Assembly (NCBI GenBank): GCA_963785635.1
Contig: CAWAWB010000025.1
Span: forward strand, 4,729 to 68,728
Reading direction: 5' to 3'
DNA: 64,000 nucleotides
DNA from: an uncultured Phycisphaerales bacterium
GTDB taxonomy: Bacteria > Planctomycetota > Phycisphaerae > SM23-33 > FEN-1343
The first letter of the stretch is position 1. Each line of letters starts with the position of its first letter. A program made the position numbers and the translations under genes. Under the pieces are notes generated by a model that worked only from the letters and a program-made list of their open reading frames with translations, was not told where the DNA came from and made no database searches. Shown here piece by piece: positions 47,700 through 57,264 of this stretch.

Positions 47700-48623
47700 A
47701 TGGCCAAGGCCAAGACAGCCAACACGATGCAGATCAACTACTGGACGCTGGGCGGCTTCGACGGCGCCAAGCCTCCCATCCAGGCACTCCGCGAAGCCAA
47801 GGAAATGGGCTATGAGGGCGTTGAACTCACCTTCGGCGCGGGCCAATTCGCCCCCGGCATCTCCAAGGCCGCCTGCCAGGAAATTCGCGCGGCGGCAAAT
47901 GAGATGGGCATGAAAATCGAAACGCTGGCCACCGGCAATTACTGGGGCCTTTCACTGTCCAGTAATGATGCAGCCACGCGGGCAAAGGCGATCGACTTTA
48001 CCAAGGAATACATCCAAGTCGCCCAATGGGTTGGCGCGAAGACGGTGCTCGTGGTGCCCGGCGCCGTGGCTGTGCTGTGGGATCCAACTCAGCCGGTCGT
48101 GCATTACGCACAAGCCTGGAAGAACGCCACCAACTCCATCAAGAAGCTGTTGCCGGTGGCGAACAAGCTGGGCGTTAATATAGGCATCGAGAATGTCTGG
48201 AACTGGTTCCTGGCCGATCCCATGGCCATGAGATTGTTCATCGACCAGTTCAAGTCACCGCGGCTGGGCGCGTATTTTGATGTGGCCAATCACATCATCA
48301 CCGGTTTGTCCGAAGACTGGGTAGAAATTCTGGGCCGTCGCATCAAGGCCATGCACTTCAAGAATTTCAAGCGCAGCGACATGGGCGGCGGCGCTCACGG
48401 TTTTGGCCCCGATCTGCTCGAAGGCGATGTGAACTGGCCGGCAGTCATGGCCGCACTCAAGAAGATCAAGTACACAGGACCTGTAACCGCGGAGATGATA
48501 CCTTTTGGGCACCCAGTACCTGATCTGGAACTGGCCCGCGCAACGGCGCCGAAGATGAAGCAGATTCTCCGCCGCGCAAAACAGCGCCATCAACAAATAA
48601 CAAGAAAACAGCCGCAGAGTTAA
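47700..48623 (+). CDS. Sugar phosphate isomerase/epimerase (TIM barrel)
   Basis: 'GYEGVEL', 'IGIENVWN', 'YFDVANH', 'MHFKN' and 'TAEM' follow the TIM barrel pattern. Adjacent to the oxidoreductase. Confidence 0.75.
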   Translation: MAKAKTANTMQINYWTLGGFDGAKPPIQALREAKEMGYEGVELTFGAGQFAPGISKAACQEIRAAANEMGMKIETLATGNYWGLSLSSNDAATRAKAIDFTKEYIQVAQWVGAKTVLVVPGAVAVLWDPTQPVVHYAQAWKNATNSIKKLLPVANKLGVNIGIENVWNWFLADPMAMRLFIDQFKSPRLGAYFDVANHIITGLSEDWVEILGRRIKAMHFKNFKRSDMGGGAHGFGPDLLEGDVNWPAVMAALKKIKYTGPVTAEMIPFGHPVPDLELARATAPKMKQILRRAKQRHQQITRKQPQS

Positions 48624-48698
48624 TCCCACGCGATTTGCTCTGCGGCTTTCTTGTTTACTTCACTTAATTCCTGTGCGCTGCCTTTGCCCCGGATTCTC

Positions 48699-49754
48699 CT
48701 ATTCTCCTTTAAATTCTTCTTGTTGCGACAGCGGGTAAACCTTGTCGTTTACACAGACCGCTGTTGCCCGAAGTGTCCGGCCGCTGGCAGTGGATACTGG
48801 TATTACCTGGACCTGCACATTGCTGCCGATGCGCATCTGATCGCGGTCAAACTCCGCCAGGGTCCCCAGGTCAAAGGTCATTTTGTTGCCCGCATCCAGG
48901 ACCACGGTAACCAGCACATGCTGACCGCCTTCGAGCATGTACATGCTTACGCCGATAATCCGGCCGCCGATGCGAGTTTGCTGGATGGCTGTTCCGTCGG
49001 GATTCACCATGGCGTACCGGCCGGGTTGGTCATAATAAGTGGTGCGCTCACGCCAGGTGCCCTCATTGGGCCAATCCTGGTGCAGCCAGTGCCGTTGCTG
49101 ATTCACGTACAGCCGCGTGGCCAGCAGAATTCGTCTGCCCCCAACGTGGATCGGCCGGGCCAGCACCTGCACCGTCGGGCCGCTGCGCAGCCACGACTGG
49201 CGAAGCGGTCCGCTGCGGCCAAGATCCACCGTTATTACCGTGCCGTCCGCCTGGCACAGGTGGATCAGCATATGCTGCTGGCCCAACGCACATACCCGCC
49301 GCGTGGAAACGATCTGGCCCTCCAGTCGCAGCGGCCGATCATTGAGCCACGGGCGGACGTAAGCCATCTGTCCATTTGAACGCACCGCAATTGCCACCAG
49401 CATTTCACGTTCGTTCATTACCGTGCGAATGCCGCGCACGGTCACGACGTTGCCGGCGGAAAGATCCAGGTTGCGCAATCCGCGCGGCGGTCCCAGGTCG
49501 ACGTGAATCGTCTGTCCTGAGCGGCTATCGAGCTTGCCCAGCATGTGCGGTTGACCGTTAATGGTGAAAATACGGACGTCGCGGATGCGGCCGGTAAATT
49601 CCAACTGATCCAGCTCGTCCGGCGTTTGCATTTCTGTCAGAACCACGGGAGGAGGACCGGGCGGCGCGGGAACTATGTCCTGCCCGGCGGCCGTCAGGCT
49701 TGTCGCCAGCATCGCCCATCCCATCGCTGCCAGCGATATCGTATATTTGTGCAT
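48699..49754 (-). CDS. Secreted protein with 3-4 repeats of a small beta-rich (OB-like) module
   Basis: Signal peptide 'MHKYTISLAAMGWAMLATSLTAAG'. A repeated pattern 'G-I----------H-L------G-----VDLG------L--G--V-V-G' occurs, for example 'FTGRIRDVRIFTINGQPHMLGKLDSRSGQTIHVDLGPPRGLRNLDLSAGNVVTVRG'. Confidence 0.6.
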   Translation of the reverse strand: MHKYTISLAAMGWAMLATSLTAAGQDIVPAPPGPPPVVLTEMQTPDELDQLEFTGRIRDVRIFTINGQPHMLGKLDSRSGQTIHVDLGPPRGLRNLDLSAGNVVTVRGIRTVMNEREMLVAIAVRSNGQMAYVRPWLNDRPLRLEGQIVSTRRVCALGQQHMLIHLCQADGTVITVDLGRSGPLRQSWLRSGPTVQVLARPIHVGGRRILLATRLYVNQQRHWLHQDWPNEGTWRERTTYYDQPGRYAMVNPDGTAIQQTRIGGRIIGVSMYMLEGGQHVLVTVVLDAGNKMTFDLGTLAEFDRDQMRIGSNVQVQVIPVSTASGRTLRATAVCVNDKVYPLSQQEEFKGE

Positions 49755-49807
49755 CTTGTTCTCCTTTGGGTGTGGTGAACGCATTAAAGAGAACTGTCGA
49801 GCTTTAC

Positions 49808-50295
49808 TCAGCTATCCCACCAGTCCACGAAGGCCTTTTCCTGATCGTATCTGTCCAGGTCGGTCCAGACGTCGCTGGGATACCAACTCTCGTGCGGCGG
49901 CACCTGGGTGAACTCGCCGGGCGGCCCGTATCCATATACTTGCCACGGCGGCCGGTCTTGCGGCCGATTCTCGGGCCCAGGGGCCATCGATTGCGGTCCC
50001 GGTGGCGGCATCGGCGGCGGCGCATACTCTGAGGATGGTGTCTCCCCCGGGGCGGCCGAGACCCAATTGGGATCCTCGCCCCCGGGGATTTCATCCCATT
50101 GCGACCCCTGCTGGCGGCCCGGCAGATCCAGGCTCTGCGGCTGGTCCGGCTGTATGTTGCTTTGGTCCGGCGCCGCCGGTGGCGCGACGGCGGCGCACAC
50201 GGTGGGGCCTTCGCATTCTGCGCCGATAGTCTTCCAGCCCCACTAGCGACAACTCCAGCCACCAGCGCCAGCAGCGCCAATCGTGGCCAATTCAT
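49808..50295 (-). CDS. Secreted Pro-rich protein, apparent frameshift ~50190-50240
   Basis: AAGGAG then ATG (50295). The signal peptide 'MNWPRLALLALVAGVVASGAG' is in one frame. The Pro-rich body with the Trp/Asp-rich tail '...YPSDVWTDLDRYDQEKAFVDWWDS' is in the frame of ORF 49808..50200. Confidence 0.45.
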
Positions 50296-50327
50296 AAGCA
50301 TCTCCTTAAAAGCAGCGTGTTGGGGAA

Positions 50328-51125
50328 ATGCCCCCTGCACTCGCCGCACCCTCAATGTATCCTATGCCTGGAACAGCTCCGCGTGCGACAAACATTGCCT
50401 TGCGAAGTGCGCTTGACTTACGGCTTTTCGGTCGTTACCTCTATGAGGACGGCGCTGCCGCTTCGGCAGCCGGTAAAGGACATATCTTGATATCACAGAA
50501 GACGATAGGGCGACTAAGCCTCTACCGCCGGCTGCTGACCAATCCGGCCGATGAGGGCCAGCGGTACATCTTTTCCCACCAATTGGCTGCCCTGGCCGCC
50601 TGCACGGCCGCGCAGGTCCGGCGAGACCTGATGACCCTCGGCTATACCGGCTCCACCGCCAAGGGCTACGACCGGGCCGAATTGGCCGCCGCCATAGGTC
50701 GCTTTTTGGATGATCCTAAGGGCACCCAGGTGGCCCTGGTGGGAATTGGCAACATTGGCAGGGCTATTCTGGCTTATTTCGCCGGAAGGCGGCCCAAGCT
50801 GGCAATCGTCGCCGCCTTCGATGTGGACCCGGCCAAAACCGGCCGCGTCATCCATGGTTGCCGGTGCTACTTGCTGGAAGAGCTGCCGCGCATCGCGGCG
50901 GAGCTGAAAATAACCGTGGGCATCGCCGCCGTGCCCGCTGCGGCCGCGCAATCGGTTGCCGATGCCCTGGTGGCAGCCGGCGTGACCGGCATTATGAATT
51001 TCGCCCCGCAGCGGCTGCGCGTGCCCCCGCACGTCTACGTGGAAGATGTGGACATGACCACCAGCCTGGAGAAGGCGGCGTATTTCTCCCAGCAGCATCG
51101 CGTGCGCAAGCCGCGCTCAAAATAG
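50328..51125 (+). CDS. rex: Redox-sensing transcriptional repressor Rex
   Basis: wHTH 'TIGRLSLYRRLL...FSHQLAALAACTAAQVRRDLMTLGYTG' and Rossmann 'VALVGIGNIGRAILAY...GIAAVPAAAAQSVADALVAAGVTGIMNFAP'. The true start is probably downstream of 50328. Confidence 0.8.
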   Translation: MPPALAAPSMYPMPGTAPRATNIALRSALDLRLFGRYLYEDGAAASAAGKGHILISQKTIGRLSLYRRLLTNPADEGQRYIFSHQLAALAACTAAQVRRDLMTLGYTGSTAKGYDRAELAAAIGRFLDDPKGTQVALVGIGNIGRAILAYFAGRRPKLAIVAAFDVDPAKTGRVIHGCRCYLLEELPRIAAELKITVGIAAVPAAAAQSVADALVAAGVTGIMNFAPQRLRVPPHVYVEDVDMTTSLEKAAYFSQQHRVRKPRSK

Positions 51126-51181
51126 TCCGGCAATTTGGAAAAACCAAGAGCCACACAAAGACCCTCAAAAACTCTTAACTT

Positions 51182-51232
51182 CTTTCTTTGTGTCCTTTGT
51201 GAACTTCGTGAACTTTGTGTTGCTCTTTGTTC
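51182..51232. repeat. CTTTGTG-family repeat copy
   Basis: 'ctttctttgtgtcctttgtgaacttcgtgaactttgtgttgctctttgttc'. A weak inverted partner 'aagagccacacaaagaccctc' lies at 51146-51166. Confidence 0.8.
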
Positions 51233-52839
51233 AATTCATCGCTTCTTTTTTATCGATGAACCCGCCATTGCACCCGCCGGTTTTCCCGTGCCCTTTTGAC
51301 TGGATTGATTTGGCGGTGCCGCCGGCGGTCCTGCTCTTGAACAGAACCACCCCAAACGCCCAGGCATATCCCAGGAGTGAAGCCGCCGTTGCCAGAATCT
51401 CCCACGGCCATTCATTCCGGCGGAACTGTGAGAACTCCTTCCAGCAGTTTTGCATTACTTCAGCATTGGAAAGCCGCTGCTCCTGCCGCCAGGATGCCAT
51501 TTGCTGCTGGTAATCCTGATAACGCCCACTGCACCATCGCGCGCGAACGCCGGCGCCGCCAACGTGTGTCAGATCCGTCTTGAGCCACATATTGCTGGTT
51601 TCCGCGGCCACTCCCAGAATCAGCAGGGCCACCAGCGCCGGCCAGTATTGTTTGATTCCCGCCGCCAGGATGATCACCAGCGGCATCGCCAGCACGATGT
51701 ACCGCTCGTGCACGCGCGTGGGCCACATGTACGTACCCCACAGCCACAGGCATGTCAGCAGCGTCACGGCCAGGCCCGGCCGCGTGCGCCACTTCCGCCA
51801 GCAGACAAACGCCGCCGCCAGCGAAGTGATGATCAGCAGGAACTTGCCCCAGGCATCTTTGCTCATGCCGCCCACGATCACCCTGGGGTCCAGGCCTCTT
51901 AGCGTGGTTGGGCTATCGGTGCTCATGGCATCCACATACCAGATGTTGAACGCTTTCATCGTCAAGGATGGAAACAGGCCCAGGAAATCCGTGTAGGACT
52001 TGGGAATCCAGGTAAACCCATCGGCGATGGTCCAGGGCAGCCCCACCAGTAGCACTGTCCCCGCCGCCGCGGCCGTGCCCACGCCCGTGCGTCTGCACAC
52101 TTCCCGCAGCGTCAACTTGCCTTGGGCCGGTGGCATGACCGCCGCGGCAAACAGCGCCACAGGCGCCATTAGTCCGCCTTGCGGCTTAAACAGCATCGCG
52201 ATTCCTACGAAAATCCCGGCCCACAGCCAGCGCCGCGTGCAGCATGAACAGCAGGGCAAACATCATCGGCGCCTGCGCCCAGGAGTCCATTTGGCCCCAG
52301 AACGAGGTGTTCATCATCAACGGCGGGTAAAACCAGGTCACCGTCGCGGCGATCCAGCCGGCTTTGACGCCAAAAAGCTCCTTAGCGATCAGCCAGGCTG
52401 CCACCGCCATAAGGGCGTCGCACACGATCGCCAGCGAGGAAAACACCAGCCGCTCAAGAAAGGTATTGGCCGCCAGGGAGGGATCAAAAAGTCCCAGCAG
52501 CTTCACGTGCAGCCACATCCCCGTCAGACCCAGGGGTGGGTACTTTACCTCGTGCGGGAAGTAATAGTCTGTGCCAAAAGCCTCCCTGAACTGTACAAAG
52601 CGTTCCCGTTCCCCGTTCCACACTGGTCCCGTGACCGGGATATATTTATCTCGGGTCAGTGAATAGGCCTTCAGCAGGCCCTCGGGCTGGGCGGTCAGAC
52701 CGTGGGCGACGTTGCCAAATGCATCAAAAACATAGGCATACCTGGGCGCCAGGGACGTCATCCACAGCCGCGCGGCCATCCCGATCACAACCGCTGCGGC
52801 GATGCACACAGCCGCCAGAGCCTTCTGTTTTCCAGTCAT
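51231..52839 (-). CDS. GT-C fold membrane glycosyltransferase (family uncertain), apparent frameshift ~52190-52260
   Basis: ORFs 52186..52839 and 51231..52259 overlap in different frames. At least 10 TM helices. The first loop 'YYFPHEVKYPPLGL' resembles the loop-1 motif region of GT-C enzymes. Confidence 0.5.
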
Positions 52840-53000
52840 GGGTGATCTCTCTTGTGGCTAATTAGTCTTAGATTCTACTTTTTGGCGAGTCCCATACCAA
52901 TAGAAAGGTCAGAAAGGTCGTTCTTGCAGGCTTTTGTCTTCTCCGCGTCTTCTGCGTCCTCTGCGGTTTATTCCCTCCCGCCTTTACTACGTCTTTTTTC

Positions 53001-53051
53001 CCTTTGTGCCCTTTGTGACCTTTGTGGTCTTTGTGTTGCTCTTGTTCTTGC
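53001..53051. repeat. CTTTGTG-family repeat copy
   Basis: 'cctttgtgccctttgtgacctttgtggtctttgtgttgctcttgttcttgc'. The core is nearly identical to 17875-17905. It is preceded by another quasi-periodic run 'cgtcttctgcgtcctctgcgg'. Confidence 0.85.
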
Positions 53052-53117
53052 AGCAGATATGGAAATCAGGCTAGCGCCCTCGCGGCCGCGCCAGCAGCGG
53101 GCACAGGATCATGCCCA

Positions 53118-53753
53118 TCAGAAATCCGCCCACGTGCGCCACCAGGCCGTGCCCGCCGCGGCGGTCGTGGCCAGGAAAGATTGCGTCCCCCCGAAGAGCT
53201 GAAGCGCGAACCAGACCACTATGAACGCCACCGCCGGAACGTGGATGAATAGCGGGTACACAAACACCGGTAGCAGCACCAGGACCCGGGCCGTCGGGTA
53301 CAGCAGCATATACGCGCCTAAAACCCCCGCGATCGCTCCCGATGCGCCCACCATGGGCGTAGTAATGCCTTTGCTGAAGGTTAGCTGGAGCATCGCCGCC
53401 GCGATTCCGCAGCCCAGGTAGAACACCAGGAAGAGCCCATGCCCGATCCGGTCCTCCACTCCGGGGCCAAAGATCCACAGGAACCACATGTTCGTGATGA
53501 TGTGCAGCCAGCCGGCGTGCAGGAAAATGTGAGTGATGAACGGCACAAAATACTCCAGCAGGCCAGGCGCCCCCTTATCCAGCGGCCCGTGCAGATAATT
53601 GACCGGAACAAGCGCGAATCGCGTGAAGAACAGCCGCTCCTCCAGCGGCGTCAGGCGCAGCTCCGCCGCGAACACCAGCACGTTCACCAGAATCAGCACG
53701 CCCATCACAATGGGCACGCGGCGGCTTCGTACATTGTCCCGCAGCGGAATCAT
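53118..53753 (-). CDS. Rhomboid family intramembrane serine protease
   Basis: 'HIFLHAGWLHIITNMWFLWIFG' and the catalytic 'GASGAIAGVLGAY' are followed by the His-containing TM. Confidence 0.85.
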   Translation of the reverse strand: MIPLRDNVRSRRVPIVMGVLILVNVLVFAAELRLTPLEERLFFTRFALVPVNYLHGPLDKGAPGLLEYFVPFITHIFLHAGWLHIITNMWFLWIFGPGVEDRIGHGLFLVFYLGCGIAAAMLQLTFSKGITTPMVGASGAIAGVLGAYMLLYPTARVLVLLPVFVYPLFIHVPAVAFIVVWFALQLFGGTQSFLATTAAAGTAWWRTWADF

Positions 53754-54087
53754 TAAATGCTCCCGCCATATATCTTAACCGTGAAGACCCGCTGGAAAGA
53801 GACAGCCCTGGAAAGAATGCCAGCATTCAGCCGCAAAGTTTGCCCAAGACGCAGAGCCTATAAGTTGCAAATGTAATAAGAATATAGAGACAATTGATTA
53901 ATGAAATACATCTGAAACGATTCAGGATGAACATGTGGAAAGGAGGTTGCAATTGGGACTCAAACCTTAAGCCGTAAGTCGTGAGCCGTAAGCCCCACGC
54001 CCAGGCAATTTCCCTGTATTGCAATATACTTGAGTTTAGTCTATAACTAATAACAACAGTGGCACGGGCCACCGCTTTTCGTCCCTA

Positions 54088-54588
54088 TTGTCCAAGTTAG
54101 GAAACTATAAAATGCCTAGAACCCGAACGCTTGCCCAGGTCGAAAAAGAACTCTTGCAGAAACTCTCCGATCTCCGCGCCCAGAAGGTGGCCGAGCTGGA
54201 GGCGCTGGATGCCCGCATCGCCGCCGTCACCGGCGGCGCAGTCGTCGCCGTTGCCGTTCTTCGCGGCCGTCGCGGTCGCCGCCCCGGTCGCAAGCCGGGC
54301 AGGCCAGCCGGCCGTCGTGGACGTCCCCGCGGTCGTCCCGCTGGTCGCCCCGTCGGTCGTCCTGCCGGTCGCCGCGGTGGCGCTCGCGGCGGCAAATCGC
54401 TTAAGCAGTACCTGGCCGAGGCCCTGGCCAGTGGCCAGTCCAAGCGCACCAATGAACTCACCCAGGCCGTTCTGGATGCCGGCTACAAGACCCTGGACCG
54501 CAATTTCCGCCAGACCGTCGCCAGCACCCTGGCCGGTAACAAACAATTCCGCCGCGTCCGCCGCGGGATTTACAAACTGGCCCAGTAA
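54088..54588 (+). CDS. Basic DNA-binding-type protein: coiled coil, RGRP (AT-hook-like) array and a C-terminal winged-helix-like domain
   Basis: 'RGRRGRRPGRKPGRPAGRRGRPRGRPAGRPVGRPAGRRGG' is flanked by 'LAQVEKELLQKLSDLRAQKVAELEALDARI' and 'KSLKQYLAEALASGQSKRTNELTQAVLDAGYKT...FRRVRRGIYKL'. Confidence 0.6.
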   Translation: MSKLGNYKMPRTRTLAQVEKELLQKLSDLRAQKVAELEALDARIAAVTGGAVVAVAVLRGRRGRRPGRKPGRPAGRRGRPRGRPAGRPVGRPAGRRGGARGGKSLKQYLAEALASGQSKRTNELTQAVLDAGYKTLDRNFRQTVASTLAGNKQFRRVRRGIYKLAQ

Positions 54589-54764
54589 AATACCTGTAGA
54601 TGTGGCAGGTCGGATCGGTTCTGGAAGGAAAGGTGGTTCAGTTCCGATTCGGCCTGCCGCACTTTGTAGGGCGTGCAGCAATTATCCTGCGTAGCCTTGG
54701 CGCAGCGGGATGCTGCACATGCGGTATTTCATGCAAACGCCTCCTGCCGACGGAACCACTTCTC

Positions 54765-54813
54765 CCAGGTCCCGTAGGGACCGTTAGAAAGTAGCCCAGC
54801 ACTTCAGTGCTTG
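54765..54813. repeat. ~48-nt double-hairpin element (copy 1)
   Basis: 'caggtcccgtagggaccgttagaaagtagcccagcacttcagtgcttg'. Hairpins ggtccc-gta-gggacc and agcac-ttca-gtgct. A second copy lies at 61819-61866. Confidence 0.8.
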
Positions 54814-54816
54814 TCC

Positions 54817-55722
54817 TTACCCACATTTTTCTTTGTTGGCCATGTCATAACCATGGGCGGTCCAGATCAGTTTGCGTAAACCACGCCAGATGGTCTGCCA
54901 GCCCGGATTGCCATCGCCTTTGCGGCCCGGGAATCCGCCAAAGCGGGCCACGGCGATCAGCGCCGTAGCGTTCGTCCAGCCCCCGGCGGGCCGGCCGTAC
55001 TCGGCCTCCAGGATCGCCAACGCCTCTGGGCCGATCGCCTCTGCGCTCACCGGCTCAGCCGCGCAGGTCCCGGCCAGCAGTTTCATATTCAGCAGCCGCA
55101 CCGCCACCACCGCCAGAATGCCCAGCAGGGAGGTGATCCGCTGCGCCGTGGTCAGTTGACTGTGTTCAATACCCGTGCCGGTCTTGAGCGCCTTGTGATA
55201 CTCTTCGATCAGCCAGCGCCGCGTGTACGCCTTGATCACGCGCATGGCCTGCTCGAAAGTCTCGACCGGCCAATCCGTCAGCAGCACCCAGTGAATCGGC
55301 TGCAGTCCCTCCGGCGGGTTTATTTCGCACGCCTCCACCACGTTGACAGTGCGCGGCGGCCGCCAGCCGCCGGGGCGATACGGGCCACGCAAGCTGATCG
55401 CGCAGGCGCGCACGGACAGCTGCGCCCGCCGCGCCGCCTGCCCTGGCCGGGCGCGTAAATCTATGAAAAACCTGCCCAATTCCGCACTTTCGGCCACGGC
55501 CGTGAATACCGAGCCGGCCTCATCGGCCAGGGCCCGCGCCTGGTTCGCGCGCAGGATAAAGTGCCAGTGATTATCCTGGCAGCGCTCGAATGTCTCATAA
55601 ATGTCGGATTCGCGGTCGGCCACAAAGGTCCAGCGCACCTCCGGCGGCGGAGCGTCCACTTGTTCCACCACCGCCGCCTCCATCCTGGCCGCGCTGGAAT
55701 TCTGCTTCGAGCCGGGCCCCAT
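54817..55722 (-). mobile_element. IS4-family (IS50/Tn5-like) DDE transposase, C-terminal ~2/3 only
   Basis: 'FVADRESDIY' (second D region) and the 'YTRRWLIEEYHKALKTGTGIE' YREK signature. The N-terminal DNA-binding and first-D region are absent. No terminal inverted repeats were identified. Confidence 0.8.
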
Positions 55723-56957
55723 TCACGGCCGCGTGCTTTCCGGCTCCGAAGACCAGGCCCGCACCCTGTACGAGTATTGGTCGCAGTGGTGCTGGCGGCT
55801 CCTGAACGATCGGCTCCTGGACAACCCCGGCCGCCTGGTCACGCGCCTCAACAACGGCGACTTTGAAATCCTGGCCGCCTCGGCCAAGAAAGTGCGCGGC
55901 CCGGGCGTGCAGCGCCTGTACTGGGATGAGTTCGACGAAATCGCCCCCGACATTTTTGGCGCATCCGTAGGCACGCTCAATAGCCTCCCCGGCGTCCCCG
56001 CTCGCACCGTCACCACCTCCACCTGGCATCATCCGCACGGGCCCATGGGCCGGCTCGTGGCTGGCGCCAAAGAACGCGGGCATCACCCTTCACAGGTGGA
56101 ACATCTGGGACATCATCCAGAAGTGCCCGCCCGATCGCCACGTCTTCGGCCGCGGGTGCAGGGATTGCCCGCTCTCGGAGGCCTGCCTCACCAAGGCCAT
56201 GCAGACCTTTCCCGGCGCCAACGTGGGCATCGCCGCGGGCAAAACCCACGGCCTCTTTTCCATCGACGACGCAATCCGCCAGTACCGCAACTGGTCTAAA
56301 GAGCAGTGGGAGACCGAGGCCGAGTGCCGCCGCCCCGTCTTAAAAGGCATGGTCTACCAGTCCTTCAACCAGGACCTCCACGTCGTAAACGATCTGGATT
56401 TCGACGACAACCTCCCCACGTACCGCGCCATCGACTGGGGCCTCAACAATTTCGTGTGCCTGTGGATCCAGCTCACCAAATACGACCAGGTCCGCGTGAT
56501 CGATGAATACTGGACCCAACAGGCCACCGTTCGCCAGGCCGCCCGGGACATCCTCGCGCACGATGGCCACCGCTGGGTCCTGGCTAATTACTGCGACCCC
56601 GCCGGCGCCAGCCGTAGCGACCAGACCGGCCTCAGCGACAAGCAAGTCTTCAGACAGGAAGGCATTCCCTGTACCAGCCGGCGCGGCAAAAAGGTTCAGG
56701 ACCTCAACTACGGCATCAATATCATCCGCGCATACCTGAATCCCAATTACGGCTCGCCGCGCTTGAAGATCGCCGGCCGCTGCACCGGCCTCATCCGCGC
56801 CTTCGAGAGCTACCGCCTGCGCGAAGTCAACGGCCAGCCCATAGATGAACCCATCAAGCCCCAGCCCTGCGACCACCCCATGGACGCCCTCCGCTACTTC
56901 TTCGTTAACCGCCTTCCGGTCAAGGATGAAGTGAAGCACATGGGATACTCGGGTTGA
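55694..56957 (+). pseudogene. Phage terminase large subunit, 5'-truncated at the IS junction, plus a frameshift ~56085
   Basis: Walker-B-like 'RLYWDEFDE' follows 'LEFCFEPGPIHGRVLSGSEDQARTLYEYW'; no Walker A is present. The nuclease half 'YRAIDWGLNNFVCLWIQ...VIDEY...NYCDPAG...DHPMDALRYF' is in the frame of ORF 56199..56957. Confidence 0.75.
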
Positions 56958-56966
56958 TTGCCCTAG

Positions 56967-57245
56967 GAATTGCGGATTGCGGATTTCGGATTGCGGATTG
57001 ACTCTGATTAACTGGAGATTAGTCTGCAGTATTGAATTGGGAATAAAACATGATGCATCTGATTAATTTAGCGGCTCAAGTTGCAATTTCATGTCTGTTA
57101 TTATGCGACCTGTTCCGCTGATCGTTGCTCTCACTCTTCAATCCGCAATCCGAAATCCGCATCCGCAATCAGTGAGCTCACGCGATTTCGGCTGGACGTA
57201 GTTTTTGCTTCTCAATCCGCAATCCGAAATCCGCAATCCGCAATC
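56967..57245. repeat. GATTGCG-word quasi-periodic inverted repeat (one left arm, two right arms)
   Basis: Left arm 56967-57000 'gaattgcggattgcggatttcggattgcggattg'. Right arms 57139-57170 and 57213-57245 'caatccgcaatccgaaatccgcaatccgcaatc'; the latter is an exact complement over 31 of 33 nt. An AT-rich spacer separates the arms. Confidence 0.9.
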
Positions 57246-57264
57246 ATATTAACTGGAAAGATCT

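Noticed and set aside
54817-55722. An intact, active insertion sequence.
   Set aside because: The transposase lacks its N-terminal third, including the first catalytic Asp region. No terminal inverted repeats or target duplications could be identified.
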